From Chiloscyllium plagiosum (taxonomy: Eukaryota): DNA of 64,000 nt. The notes under the pieces are model-generated. The model did no database searches. It was not told the origin of the DNA and worked only from the letters and a program-made list of their open reading frames with translations. Location: NCBI RefSeq assembly GCF_004010195.1, contig NC_057743.1:22945872-23009871 (forward strand), written 5' to 3'. This document shows, piece by piece, positions 12,409-23,953 of this stretch. The translations under genes were made by a program, and so were the position numbers. Within the stretch, counting starts at the first letter, position 1, and every line of letters begins with the position of its first letter.

Positions 12409-13320
12409 CTAAACAAGACAAAAGATCACAGATCACAGTGCACAGGCAGCTCACTACCGAAGTATTAACAAACAGGCATGAACAAAGATTGACCAAAAAG
12501 CAGACAGAAGAAATCAATGTTTTATTGGAATGCAGGGATTTTTATAAAATAGTTGTTCAAGAGTAGAGTGGACACTGTCAGGCCACATTTATTGTCTCCT
12601 TCTTAATCCTCAGCACACATGTTAGTCATACAATACCATTAGATAGGAAATATCAAGATTTTAATCCAATGACAGTAATTGAACAATAGATTGCCAGGTC
12701 CATATGGTGTGTATTTTGGAGGGAACTTGGAGATAATCATGTCTCAACAAAATGTTTGCTTTTAGTCATGTATTAGAGGTGCGTTTAACATTACCTTGAA
12801 GAGTTGCCATAATTCATCATTATGGAAGGGATCATAATAAAGTCCAGTAGTAGGGTCATCAAGCAGACTACTCAGTCATGAATGCTATCAAACCAAGTGT
12901 TCTTGTGACCTCTCAGGGTAGCTAGTAAATGTTCTATTACATTCTTGACTTTTGCCTTATAGAGGCTTTGAGGAGTCAGAAACTAGGTAATTCAGCACAG
13001 AATTCCCAGCCTACTCTTACTCAACTTTCCTTCCTAAAGCTATTTACCAGTACATTAATCAATGAACAAAAACAGATTTTAAAAAACCCCCTTCTGCCAA
13101 ACAAACATTTGGGACAGATAAAAAGTCAGCATGTAGACAGTAGCAAATCAGAAACAGCTATTGTACACATTCTAGTATAAGTAGCTATGCATCTTTAGAA
13201 GAAGATATAGTATGTAGTGAGGATAAGGAGAAGTAATTGGAACCAAGCTAACTCAATGGAAAGCAATTTCATATAAACTATACACAATTAAAGAAACAGC
13301 CAATTAAAAGTCTTCCCAAC

Positions 13321-13392
13321 CTTCTCAATCAGAGGCTTGATACAATGCAATGTGTCCTGGATGTACTGGTTAAGCTCTGGATGGCACGACAT
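13321..13392 (-). CDS. MAD2L2: MAD2L2 coding exon 3 ([24 protein letters not shown])
   Basis: 72 nt, tag|ATG ... AAG|gttggg. Confidence 0.96.
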
Positions 13393-13591
13393 CTAGACAA
13401 AGAGAGCAAAGGGTAAACAAAGCAGTATTCAGAATTTTTTAAGTCATTAAATCATAATTGCTCCATACTAAACAGACTCAAATGATGCATCCGAGTAGCA
13501 AAGAGCGACAAAGTTCAGAGCATAAACTATCTTAGTCTGAAATAGTCTTCTGCAGCGTTGCAACAAGCTGGAAGCTCATCACTTGACTCAC

Positions 13592-13710
13592 CTGGACAGG
13601 TACATTGTACTTTTTCCTCTTCTGAAAGATTCCAATAGGATAAACTTCACGAACATACAGGATCATATGAATAGCTACTTCCAGAAATTCACACAGTACA
13701 TCTGCAACAA
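13592..13710 (-). CDS. MAD2L2: MAD2L2 coding exon 2 ([40 protein letters not shown])
   Basis: 119 nt, cag|TT ... CAG|gtgagt; start of the HORMA domain. Confidence 0.97.
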
Positions 13711-14127
13711 CTGAAGAGAGAGGCATTGCAAAGATAAGACCAGCTGCACATAAAGATACACAAGGACATTGCAGCACAGCCTATAAACAGCAGTGCATGT
13801 TTGGATATTAGTTGAATGTAGAGTTAGGGAACACTGTTGTAGAGACCTCAGCATCTTTGTACAGGATGCAAAAGAAACTGAGTTATCCTCATTCCACATC
13901 ACTAATTAACTCTGACTCAGATATGACATCAGGTGAATAGGGGATCAGATGCAGTTATGATGACCACGACTATCCATCAGCCATTTGGGCAAGCAGTAGT
14001 CAACCATGCAACTATCTCCCAAACTGTAAGCATGTTAGAAGGAAATGGGAATTAACTGAATATAAAATAGTTGGGGATTTTGTTACAATTTCAATATTAC
14101 TGATAGTGAGAATATCAAAAACTGCAC

Positions 14128-14167
14128 CTTGTCCAAAATTGAGGTCCTGTCGTGTAAGGGTGGTCAT
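14128..14167 (-). CDS. MAD2L2: MAD2L2 coding exon 1 (MTTLTRQDLNFGQ)
   Basis: Same as the human N-terminus as I recall it. Acceptor at 14180/14179 with a 12-nt UTR; donor AAG|gtgcag. Confidence 0.97.
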
Positions 14168-14827
14168 GTTTACAAACACCTGTCAAATAAAAAAAATTAC
14201 AACTAATCCAGAGAGCAGTGTCATATTTTCAGATGAAAAATGTGTAACAAATTCTCCAAGGCATTTAACAAACAAGATTATCAATAAAAAATTGACATGA
14301 AGACACACAAGATTTAAAGTTAGGTGAACAAAAGCTTGGTCGAGGAGAGTTTTCATGGAGCATTATAAAGGAGACGAGATCAAGATCTTTTCCTCCCTGT
14401 CTCAGCCCAATCCCCCTTGGAATATTTATAACGAAGTTTATTGTTAATTCAACAGATTAACACTTCGAATATTATTTCAATGCAAATCCAATTCTGTGTT
14501 TAAATATGTTGCTACGCTCAAATCTTAGCCCAAGACGATACTGCCCTATAAATAGGATCAATTTTGTTCTGTAGTCAGAATAAGACAGGTACGAGAGGAG
14601 ACGACAACAACAGAATAGTTGGGAATGATACGTGGACAAAACCTTAACCGGACACCCAGATATTTGGTTCCGTACCCCGGCCTATCCGAATACTAAGTCG
14701 ATTGCTGATCGCCGTTCACAGTGCTAGCGACTGATTACACTTCGGATTGATTCTGCCGACAAGCCCATTGTTCCCGGACTCCCCCCGCCCCCTAGGCCGC
14801 ATCCATCGTGGGCCCCTTGGGCCTGAC

Positions 14828-14920
14828 CTTGCCCTGCTGCGCCGTACGCCGTGATGTCATCAGCCTGCGTAGCGAGAGCGCGAGCTTCAGTTTGAACCTA
14901 ATGGTTTCGCGCGAGACGGA
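14828..14920 (-). promoter_or_regulatory. MAD2L2: MAD2L2 CpG-island promoter and probable non-coding exon 1, with E2F and CHR motifs
   Basis: CpG-dense; donor AAG|gtcagg at 14828/14827; TTTCGCGC at 14905-14912; TTTGAA at 14891-14896. Confidence 0.7.
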
Positions 14921-14924
14921 GTGG

Positions 14925-15325
14925 TTCTAGTCTGTCCACCATATGTGCCCTCTCTCCGCCTTCACACTGCCCACCTTCACCCCTCCATCGACACTTATTA
15001 TCTTCACCTTTACACCCTTCGCACTCACCAAACACTCACCAACCTTCTTACGTTCCCACCCACAGATCTACACCGTCACCACGAGCCCTTGCCCCCTCTA
15101 TTTTTAACATATGCGCTCCCGCTGACACACTCACCTCTCACCTCCTCCCTTACAGCCCCCCTCATCCCGTTCACCTTCCGATCTTCTTCACCACACACCT
15201 TCCATTCTCTCACATTCAACTCGCTCCAACCCTCACTTTCACCTCACCCGTCCACTGTCACTTATCTCATTCCCCACACATTTCACCTTCATCTCCATGC
15301 CCATCTAAATCCCACACTCATCTAA
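14925..15325. repeat. G-poor, C/T/A low-complexity tract
   Basis: Repeated cacc/ctca/cttc motifs with very few G on the + strand. Confidence 0.6.
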
Positions 15326-15789
15326 ACTACATCGGTATGGGCTGGAGTCACGCTTAGGTAGGCCACAGTGGGTAAAAATTGCAGGTTTTCCTCCCCTGAA
15401 GAGTATTAATGAACTACATTTGTTTTACTGACAATTCCTAGTTGCTATTAGACTAGCTTTTTGAATTCAAGATTTATTAACTAAATCCAAATTTGATCAT
15501 TCGTGTTTCTGGAGCTTTGGTCCCTGGAATACCAATCCTGTGATAATGCCAGTACTCCAACAACTCTTCCTTTTTACATTAGTAACAGAAACAATGTATT
15601 ATTGGTTTTCTAATTGTCAAGTTCTGTTTCAATTCTTCACCAAACAGCAAGATCATTATTTGTAAGTTCATACAATTTTACTCATAAAACAGAATGGGCA
15701 TGAGAAACGTTTTATTTACATGGTGAGTTGTTGTGATCTGAATAGGGGATAGAAGCAGATTCATTTGCAATATTAAAGAGTTAAGTAGA

Positions 15790-16047
15790 AGGGAAAGATA
15801 TAAAAGAGACCTAAGGGGCAACTTTTTCACACAGAGGGTGATCCGTGTATGGAATGAGCTGACAGAGGAAGTGGTGGAGGCTAGTACAATGACAGCATTG
15901 AAAAGGCATCTGGATGGGTATATAAATAGGAAGGGTTTGGAGAATATGGGCCAGGTGCTGGCAGGTGGGACTAGATTGGGTTGGGATATCTGGTCGGCAT
16001 GGACGAGTTGGACCGAAGGGTCTGTTTCCGTGCTGTACATCTCTATA
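15790..16047 (+). mobile_element. CR1 LINE 3' end
   Basis: RGNFFTQRVIRVWNEL...KRHLDGYINRKG plus the 3' UTR. Confidence 0.9.
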
Positions 16048-16844
16048 CTTGAGGGGAAAATATTCCTATGTAGGAGGAAAGAGACCATGAGATTAATTTG
16101 TATAAATCCACCAATCAATGCAGAAGAAAGTTATTCACTCACAGAGCAGTAAGATTTTGAAACTTATTGGTGAATTGAGTAGGATAGATGCATTTAAAGA
16201 GACGCCAAAAAAAACAGGAAGGAGTAGAGAATATGATGAAATGGTAAAATGAAGAGGGGAGAATGAACGTTTGTGTGAACCATCAACACAGACATAATTC
16301 CACTGGATCTGATGTTTTATTTGTGTACATTTGTATCTATAAATATATAATTAGAATCACTATTGTCTGCTTTGCTGTTTCCCTGACCATAAATGCCCCA
16401 GATTCATCTGATGTCCGTCACATGACCTGATCTTCCCTACATTGAAGAATGGCAATCGTCTGTATACTATTTTCTGTCTACCTTTCCTATTTTATACAAT
16501 TTCTGTATACCATTTTCTCTCTTGTTTGGTATTTTATTTTTCGATTTCTGTGTCACACACATTTATATTAAAATTGCAGCCTGTTCTTTCAATTGATAAC
16601 CCTGTCGGTTTTATTCTTGTGTCATAACTTCCTGTCTTTTCTGTTCTCTTTAGATTTTCACTTCCCAGTTACCCATCCTCAATTAGCATCTTGCTGTGAT
16701 TTCAATGGTTTTCGGTCAGTATTCTCGATATGTTTGTAACTGTTTGAGTGGTGTTCTTTTTCCTGGGATCTTTTTTGGCCGCTCAATTTGAATTTTAAGA
16801 TTGTGTCTCCTTGCTCTGAATTCCCTTTACTGAAGGAAAAGTCA

Positions 16845-16975
16845 GAGGAGAAAGTGAGGTCTGCAGACGCTGGAGATCAAAGCTGAAACTTTATTGCTGG
16901 AACAGCACAGCAGGTCAGGCAGCATCTAGGGAACAGAAGATTCGACGTTTCGGGCACATGCCCTTCTTCAGGAAA
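16845..16975 (-). mobile_element. 131-bp Penelope-terminus mini-element with a hammerhead-like core
   Basis: 13-bp TSD gaaggaaaagtca (16832-16844 / 16976-16988). The - strand reads CTGAAGA-A-GGGC-ATGT-GCCC-GAAACGTC. Confidence 0.8.
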
Positions 16976-17669
16976 GAAGGAAAAGTCAACCCCGTCTATA
17001 AAATTTTCCCGCAGATATTTTAAACGTGGACTCGTGAGCCTCCAATCTCCTTACACTCATAAACTATAATCCAACGAGCCCTTCATAACTTTCACTGATG
17101 TTGCGTTTTCTCGTTTTCTGAACTTCCTGATTGAAGACAGTGTCTCATTAACTTTTTATTGATTTGATTACGCAGATCTCTGAATTCCTACGTTCAACGA
17201 TCCCCGTTTACTCTTATTCTATGTTAATACATATGCAATTTTAGACGTTGTTACGTTAAATTGCAACTGCCACCCGTTATTCACTCCTGGTCTATCAACC
17301 TCACGATCTTCTTTCCACCATTCTCACTTCTTCCAGATAAGTTTCTTGGATTTGCTCCTCTTCATTCCTAAAACATGCTAAGAATATATTTCTCACAGGG
17401 TTACCTGGGAGATGTCATTTGTGATACCACAAATCTTAGAATAATCTTTTGCTACCATGATCCTGCCTCCAATTTCATTGCATCGGTTGAACAGGACCAA
17501 ACCTCTTCACATGTACCCAACATCCTCTCATCTCCCCCTCCATCCACCTCTTCAGCAATTCAGGGTGGGCAAATAATTTATTAGATGTGCATGGTTCTCT
17601 GCCTCCAGTTTATTTCTGTTTTTGTATTTGGTTGTCTGTACATCTTGTTGCATTTCTTTATTCTTTCGC

Positions 17670-17832
17670 GTTGTGCCCGCCCCCACGTCTGCCGCTGACA
17701 TCATTTTCCGGAGCGCGCCCCGGGAGCGCGGATCCTCAGCTCTGTCCCAGTCTCTGGGATATTGAATCTTCGGGTGCTGTCAGGTTGTGGAAAGCGGTCA
17801 CAGTCTGTGCTTCGTCCCCTGGAGATACACAG
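17670..17832 (+). promoter_or_regulatory. DRAXIN: DRAXIN CpG promoter and probable non-coding exon 1
   Basis: CpG cluster with a GC box (cccgcccc) and cacgtc; donor CAG|gtagga at 17832/17833. The first coding exon begins with an acceptor, so an upstream exon is required. Confidence 0.6.
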
Positions 17833-20352
17833 GTAGGAAGTGTCCTGACCGACGATAATGCTCAAACCCCAAAAGCCGCCCTTTTTAACATTATTCTGGG
17901 TGAGGCCGGTCTATTCACCTTATCGTACCTGCTGCCCATTTACAAATAACTGTTTTAGAATTTTCATATGTTTGTGTTTACTCGAGCAGAGACAATAGCA
18001 GGTGGTTGTCAGAATGGAAGTCTCTGTGTGTATCTCTGTCTATCTCGAGTCGATGGATAGGAACCCAATTTGTGTGTAAATCGTCTTCTGTCAAACTGAA
18101 AAAAAGACTCTAAGGTGTGTGTGTGTCGGAGGATGTGGGGAGCAATTCACATATATTATGTCGCGCTGTGTGAGTACAATCTCCACCTATTGCTTTTCAA
18201 TATTTGATTTGCCGCTAACTTGTTCAGATTGGACAATATGTATGTAAAATATGTAAAGTGCCAGGCATTTAATATCCATTATTGTAGGTGCAGAAGTTCT
18301 TACACTGTTTGAAACCTGGTGCTCTTTTTTTGTCTTTATTGGACACTGGGGGTAACTGAGTAGTTTGTATGAAAGCTAGACTTCAGCGCTGCTTTGAACA
18401 TTTGACCAAAACCCAAAGATGGGAATGAAGGTGATGCACATGTCTGGTGACACTTGGAGACACAATGCTTTGTAAATCTGACACGGAAGATATTCATGAC
18501 AGGCACAAGGTTCAGTTTGTAGATAGGGTGTTCATTGAAAGTAATCGACTTATTAAGCGATCCTGGAGAATTGGAATTGCGGGTGATACTTAGTAAAGAT
18601 GCTGCAAATGTATCTTGGGTGGTGTTTGATGTTAGAGCAGATGGGAGAGTATCTCCATGGGGAGCTGCAGATAATTAACATTACCTCTGGGGCAGGGGAG
18701 ATATCCGTTCAAGAATAAATACATTGAAGCTGAATAATTCCCTCAGAATACAAGTATCTTTTCCAAACTGTTTACTTTATTGGCTTTTTGAATTGGGATA
18801 CACTTATTTAGCCATGAAAGCAGTGATACAATGTTGTATTATTATTGTGTGGTGTGTATTTGCAAAGCCCCGTCTATGGTTCGTCAATCATCTTGACATA
18901 TGTCTTTTTCTTTTTCTTTGTCTAAGTTCCTCCGCCGCATCTCTGAAGGCGTCGTTCTTATTGGAGTACAGTTCCATGGACCGACAAAATTATAAATGAT
19001 TAGCCCAGACATTAAGTGTATACAACATATTCACCACACTGAGATCAACACCAATCCAAATTCATACCTCATCCTTTAAACACCAACAGCATCCAGGGCA
19101 AATTGGTGTTCCAGATCAAATTTCCTGCCTATACGTCCTCGACAACCTGGGGTCACAAACTACCATGAACCACTTGGTTATAAACAGTAATGATTCATTC
19201 ATTGTTTTACTGCAACAACTTTCTGACTCCCCAAAACTTCATACCATCTGCATGGCATGAAAGTGGAGTGTGCTGAAATACTCAAAGAATGCAACATTAT
19301 CCAGGACAAAGGAATTAATTTGATTGGCACCATTCACCACCTTAAACATTCATTTTTTTTCCACCACCAGCATAATGTAAATGCAGTGCATAGCATTTAC
19401 AAGATGCACAGCAGCACTTCTTCAGCATACCTTTGGCACAGTTTTGCCAAACCTCCAACTTCTAAAAGGACAAGGGCAACACACACATGAGAGCACCAGG
19501 TGTCGTTTCCACCTCCCTCCCCCCAGTCAAACATCATTTTGACTTGGAAATGTATCATCATTGCTTCGTCACAAGACAAATTCCTGGAACTTCTGACTTA
19601 ACAACTATATAAATATATACCTACACCCTTCAAACTGCAATGGGTCAAGAAGTGCCTCCCCACCATTCAGTCATTGAATATATTTAAGGCTGAATTGGAA
19701 AGATTTTTAATCTAGAAGGAAGTCAATGGTTATGAGGGACAGACAAATGTAGTCAAGGTCACAAATTCAAATCAACCATGGTCTTTTTGAATATAACAGT
19801 TCAACAGTAAGTAACCAAAAGGTTACTCCTACTCCATTTCAATAGACAATAGGTGCAGGAGTAGGCCATTCAGCCCTTCGAGCCCGCACCGCCATTCAAT
19901 ATGATCATGGCTGATCATTCCTAATCAGTATCCTCTTCCTGCCTTATCTCCATAACCCTTGATTCCACTATCTTTGAGAGCTCTATCCAACTCTTTCTTA
20001 AATGAATCCAGAGACTAGGCCTCCACTGCCCTCTGGGGCAGAGCATTCCACACAGCCACCACTCTCTGGGTGAAGAAGTTTCTCCTCATCTCTGTCCTAA
20101 ATGGTCTACCCCGTATTTTTAAGCTGCGTCCTCTGGTTCGGCACTCACGCATCAGCGGAAACATGTTTCCTGCTGCCAGAGTGTCCAATCTATTCATAAT
20201 CTTATATGTCTCAATCAGATCCCCTCTCAGTCTTCTAAACTCAAGGGTATACAAGCCCATTCGCTTCAGTCTTTCAGTGTAAGATAATCCCGCCATTCCA
20301 GGAATTGACCTCGTGAACCTACACTGCACTCCCTCAATAGCTAGAATGTCTT

Positions 20353-20462
20353 NNNNNNNNNNNNNNNNNNNNNNNNNNNNNNNNNNNNNNNNNNNNNNNN
20401 NNNNNNNNNNNNNNNNNNNNNNNNNNNNNNNNNNNNNNNNNNNNNNNNNNNNNNNNNNNNNN
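20353..20462. other. Assembly gap (110 N)
   Basis: Run of n characters. Confidence 1.
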
Positions 20463-20904
20463 TCTTGCCACCAAAGTGGATAACCATACATTTATCCACA
20501 TTAAACTGCATCTGCCATGCATCTGCCCACTCACCTAACTTGTCCAGGTCACCCTGTAATCTCCTAACATCCTCATCACATTTCACCCTGCCACCCAGCT
20601 TTGTATCATCAGCAAATTTGCTAATGTTATTGCTGATACCATTTTCTATATCATTAACATATATTGTAAAAAGCTGCGGTCCCAGCACGGATCCCTGTGG
20701 TACCCCACTGGTCACTGCCTGCCATTCCAAAATGGAGCCGTTTATCACTACCCTTTGTTTCCTATCAGCCAACCAATTTTCAATCTAATCTAGTACTTTG
20801 CCTCCAATACCATGCACCCTAATTTTACTCACTAACCTCCTGTGTGGGACTTTAACAAAGGCTTTCTGAAAGTCCAGGTACACTACATCTACTGGATTTC
20901 TTAG

Positions 20905-21229
20905 TGGGTGGCACGGTGGCACAGTGGTTAGCACTGCTGCCTCACAGCGCCAGAGACCCGGGTTCAATTCCCGACTCAGGCGACTGACTGTGTGGAGTTT
21001 GCACATTCTCCCCATGTCTGCATGGGTTTCCTCCGGGTGCTCCGGTTTCCTCCCACAGTCCAAAGATGTGCACGTCAGGTGAATTGACCATGCTAAATTG
21101 CCCGTAGTGTTAGGTAAAGGGGTAAATGTACGGAAATGGGTGGGTTACGCTTCGGTGGGTCAGTGTGGACTTGTTGGGCCGAAGGGCCTGTTTCCACACT
21201 GTAAGTAATCTAAGTAATCTAATCTAATC
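20905..21229 (+). mobile_element. HE1-type V-SINE inserted in CR1
   Basis: Full head, core and tail; it splits the CR1 reading frame between DEGD and PVDVVYLDF. Confidence 0.9.
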
Positions 21230-21641
21230 TCCCTCGTCCATCTTCAGAGTTACATCCTCAAAAAATTCAAGAAGATTAGAAGATTTCCCCTTCATAAATC
21301 CATGCTGACTCTGTCCTATCCTGTTACTACTATCCAGATGTGCCGTAATTTCATCATTTATAATAGACTCCAGCATCTTTCCCACCACTGAGGTCAGACT
21401 AACTGGTCTATAATTTTCTGCTTTCTCTCTCCCACCTTTCTTAAAAAGTGGTATAACATTAGCCATCCTCCAATCCTCAGGAACCGACCCCGATGGTCCT
21501 GATGGTCTTATATACAAAGATAATTCAGGATGGAATTAAGTGCTCTTCTTGCTGGCGTTGAGCAAATGTGCCCACATTGAGCAAATAAAAAACCTCACTT
21601 GCTGCAAAATAAATATTAAAGAACTGGAATTTATATACAAT

Positions 21642-21896
21642 TAGCAATGTTTGAGAAGATTTGTAGCTCAGGTTGATGATAAGTATGTAAGTTAGCTTGC
21701 TGAGTTGGAAAGTTTGTTTTCAGATGTTTCATCACCATGGCTAGCTAACATGATCTAGTCATGGTGACGAAATGTCTGAAAACAAACATTTGTTGTCAGA
21801 TATTTCGTCACCATGACTAGATCATGTTAGCTAGCCATGGTGATGAAACATCTGAAAACAAACTTTCCAGCTCAGTAAGCTAATTTACATACTTAT
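21642..21896. repeat. Compound palindromic insertion (about 218-bp inverted repeat)
   Basis: Arms 21679-21786 and 21789-21896 are near-perfect reverse complements; flanked by atttatatacaat / atttacatacaat. Confidence 0.85.
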
Positions 21897-22004
21897 TTAC
21901 ATACAATCTTAGACCATCCCAAAATGGTTCACAGTCAGTGAAGTATTTTCAACTGTAATGGCTATTGTAATACATAAAATAGATGAATGTTCAAGTGGGG
22001 AGGA

Positions 22005-22255
22005 AGTGGCATCGTGGTAATGGCACTGGACTTGTAATCCAGAACCCTAGGCTAATGTTCTGGGTCATGGGATTGAAACCCACCATATGAGATGATGAAA
22101 GATGAATTCAAAAAACCCATTTGGTTCACTATTATCTTTTAGGGAAGAAAATCTGTCTTTTTACCTGGTCTGACCTATTTGAGACTTCAGATCCACAGCA
22201 ATGCGGTTGACTCTTAATGGATTCTAGGAAATAAATGCTGGCCTAGCCAAAACAG
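22005..22255 (+). mobile_element. Old tRNA-headed SINE, degenerate (a related copy lies on the - strand at ~10820-11040)
   Basis: tggcatcgtggtaat...gggattgaaaccc head and ggttcactattatcttttagggaagaaaatctg core. Confidence 0.55.
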
Positions 22256-23472
22256 ACCACAAATCAGGATGATATGCTTAAGATACATGATGACTTCAAA
22301 ATTAATACATTATGCCCCATGTAAGTTTGTTTTACAAAAAAAAACTGAGAAAAGGGTTTTCCATTTTGCTACAACCTTCAATCACACACACCTTCTGTGC
22401 CATTGTATAGATTTAAAATCTAGTCTCTACATTTCCTCCAAGTGGGAGATAGATATAACACAGAGAAGGGAGAAAAGTGGCTGTGAATATTGAGAGGGGA
22501 AAAATTCATTCAAGAATCATTCATGGAGAGGCTGAAATGTGGAAAAGTTTGTTTCTCTGCTCTGGTGTGAAGGCAGGTACAAGACCCACACTGAATTAGG
22601 AGTATGTTTTTAAAAAAAAAATAATTTTTCACCATTTGTGTCTTAATGGCATGAAAATGTTAATTAGTTATTGAGATTTTCATTGAAATTTTAAAATCAG
22701 TAAACTCAAACACAGTATTTGATGCCACATCTTATTCCTTTCCAATCCTGCCTTTACTCTTCACAAGAGTTGGCACAGAATTAATGATGCTAAGGGTATC
22801 CTTTTGTGCTGTAATATTCAATAATTCTCACTCCAGTTTCTATCTCAGCCCTGGACAAACTAGTTTTGGACATTGCTTTACATAAGCTTTGAACTTTTGC
22901 GTTTAGAGCATGTTCTAAATGAATGGAAAAATGTGCCTGATGTTAAATGTTACACTTCACTGAGCACAGCTGACTGAGCAGATTAGAGTGCCCTGTAAAT
23001 ATCACAAGCATGACACGATATGATAACAGCAAAGATAAAGGATTGCAAGTCATTTTGACAATTTATTTCTATAGTCCCATTAGTTTCCTGAAAACGCCAT
23101 CTATTCCTGAGGAATGGAATTCATCAGGAGGCATTGCACAATAATCAAATCTAATTTCCACTTGTTCAACCTTAATGTAGTCCAGAGACCCTGAGACACA
23201 TTGAAATGCTTCTGCAATCATTTTGACTGATATAGGCTGAACTTAAGCAATTCAATAATTGAATCCCAAACCTTGTCTTGTAACTGGGTAGTTATGTATA
23301 ACTTTTACTATCTGAACAATTGGGGGAAGTTTTGATTGATCTTGGTAGATGTTAAAGAAAGTTCAATGGTAGTTAATCTGCCCCTAACAGTTGCACAGAA
23401 TATGACTTTGTTGCTGCAGCTGAACTCAAACTCTCTGTCTCACCTCACATGTTTCTTCTTCAGATTAATCGC

Positions 23473-23953
23473 ATGAAGAAAATGGCTCACTGGTACTTCA
23501 TGTCTCCTTTCCTCTTCCTCTTGGTTTTTGATGGTCTAAACCATGTCTGTGCTTTGGAGGCTGGAACCAGAGGAAGGAAAAGTACATTGCAGCCACTAGA
23601 CAGCAGCAATAATCTGAAGAGACACGAGTCCTGGCCAGATCCTCTCAGATCAGGCCGTAAACATGGCATACAGAGGAAGGACAAGACCAACACCATGGTA
23701 ACCAAAGTACTGGAGACGGACAGACCAGATGAGGACAGTGTGGGATTGGAGAGTCTGACTCCAGTGCGAGTGGAGACAGACAGTCTGGAAAGAACAGCAG
23801 TAATGCCACAGGAGAGAGTTACAGGCCAGAAAGGTCAATTTTATCCTCGAGAGCCAGAATATTATCCAGCAGGAGAGTCTGCAAATAAAGGGAGAAAGCA
23901 CAATAGAGACCATAAGAAACCAAATCGGAGAGAACGAGCCCGACACAGTAAGG
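23473..23953 (+). CDS. DRAXIN: DRAXIN coding exon 1 (signal peptide and basic region)
   Basis: Acceptor ttcag|ATT at 23463/23464; hydrophobic signal MKKMAHWYFMSPFLFLLVF; VGLESLTPVRVE motif; donor G|gtaaga in phase 1. Confidence 0.9.

Larger units (their letters stand above)
19843..21490 (-). mobile_element. CR1 LINE RT and 3' end, interrupted by a SINE and an assembly gap
   Basis: NYRPVSLTS, YLDFQKAF, GVPQGSVLGP, KFADDTKLGG, FFTQRVV. Confidence 0.92.

Noticed and set aside
14921-15325. 134-aa H/L/P/T-rich ORF
   Set aside because: Artefact of a G-poor low-complexity tract.
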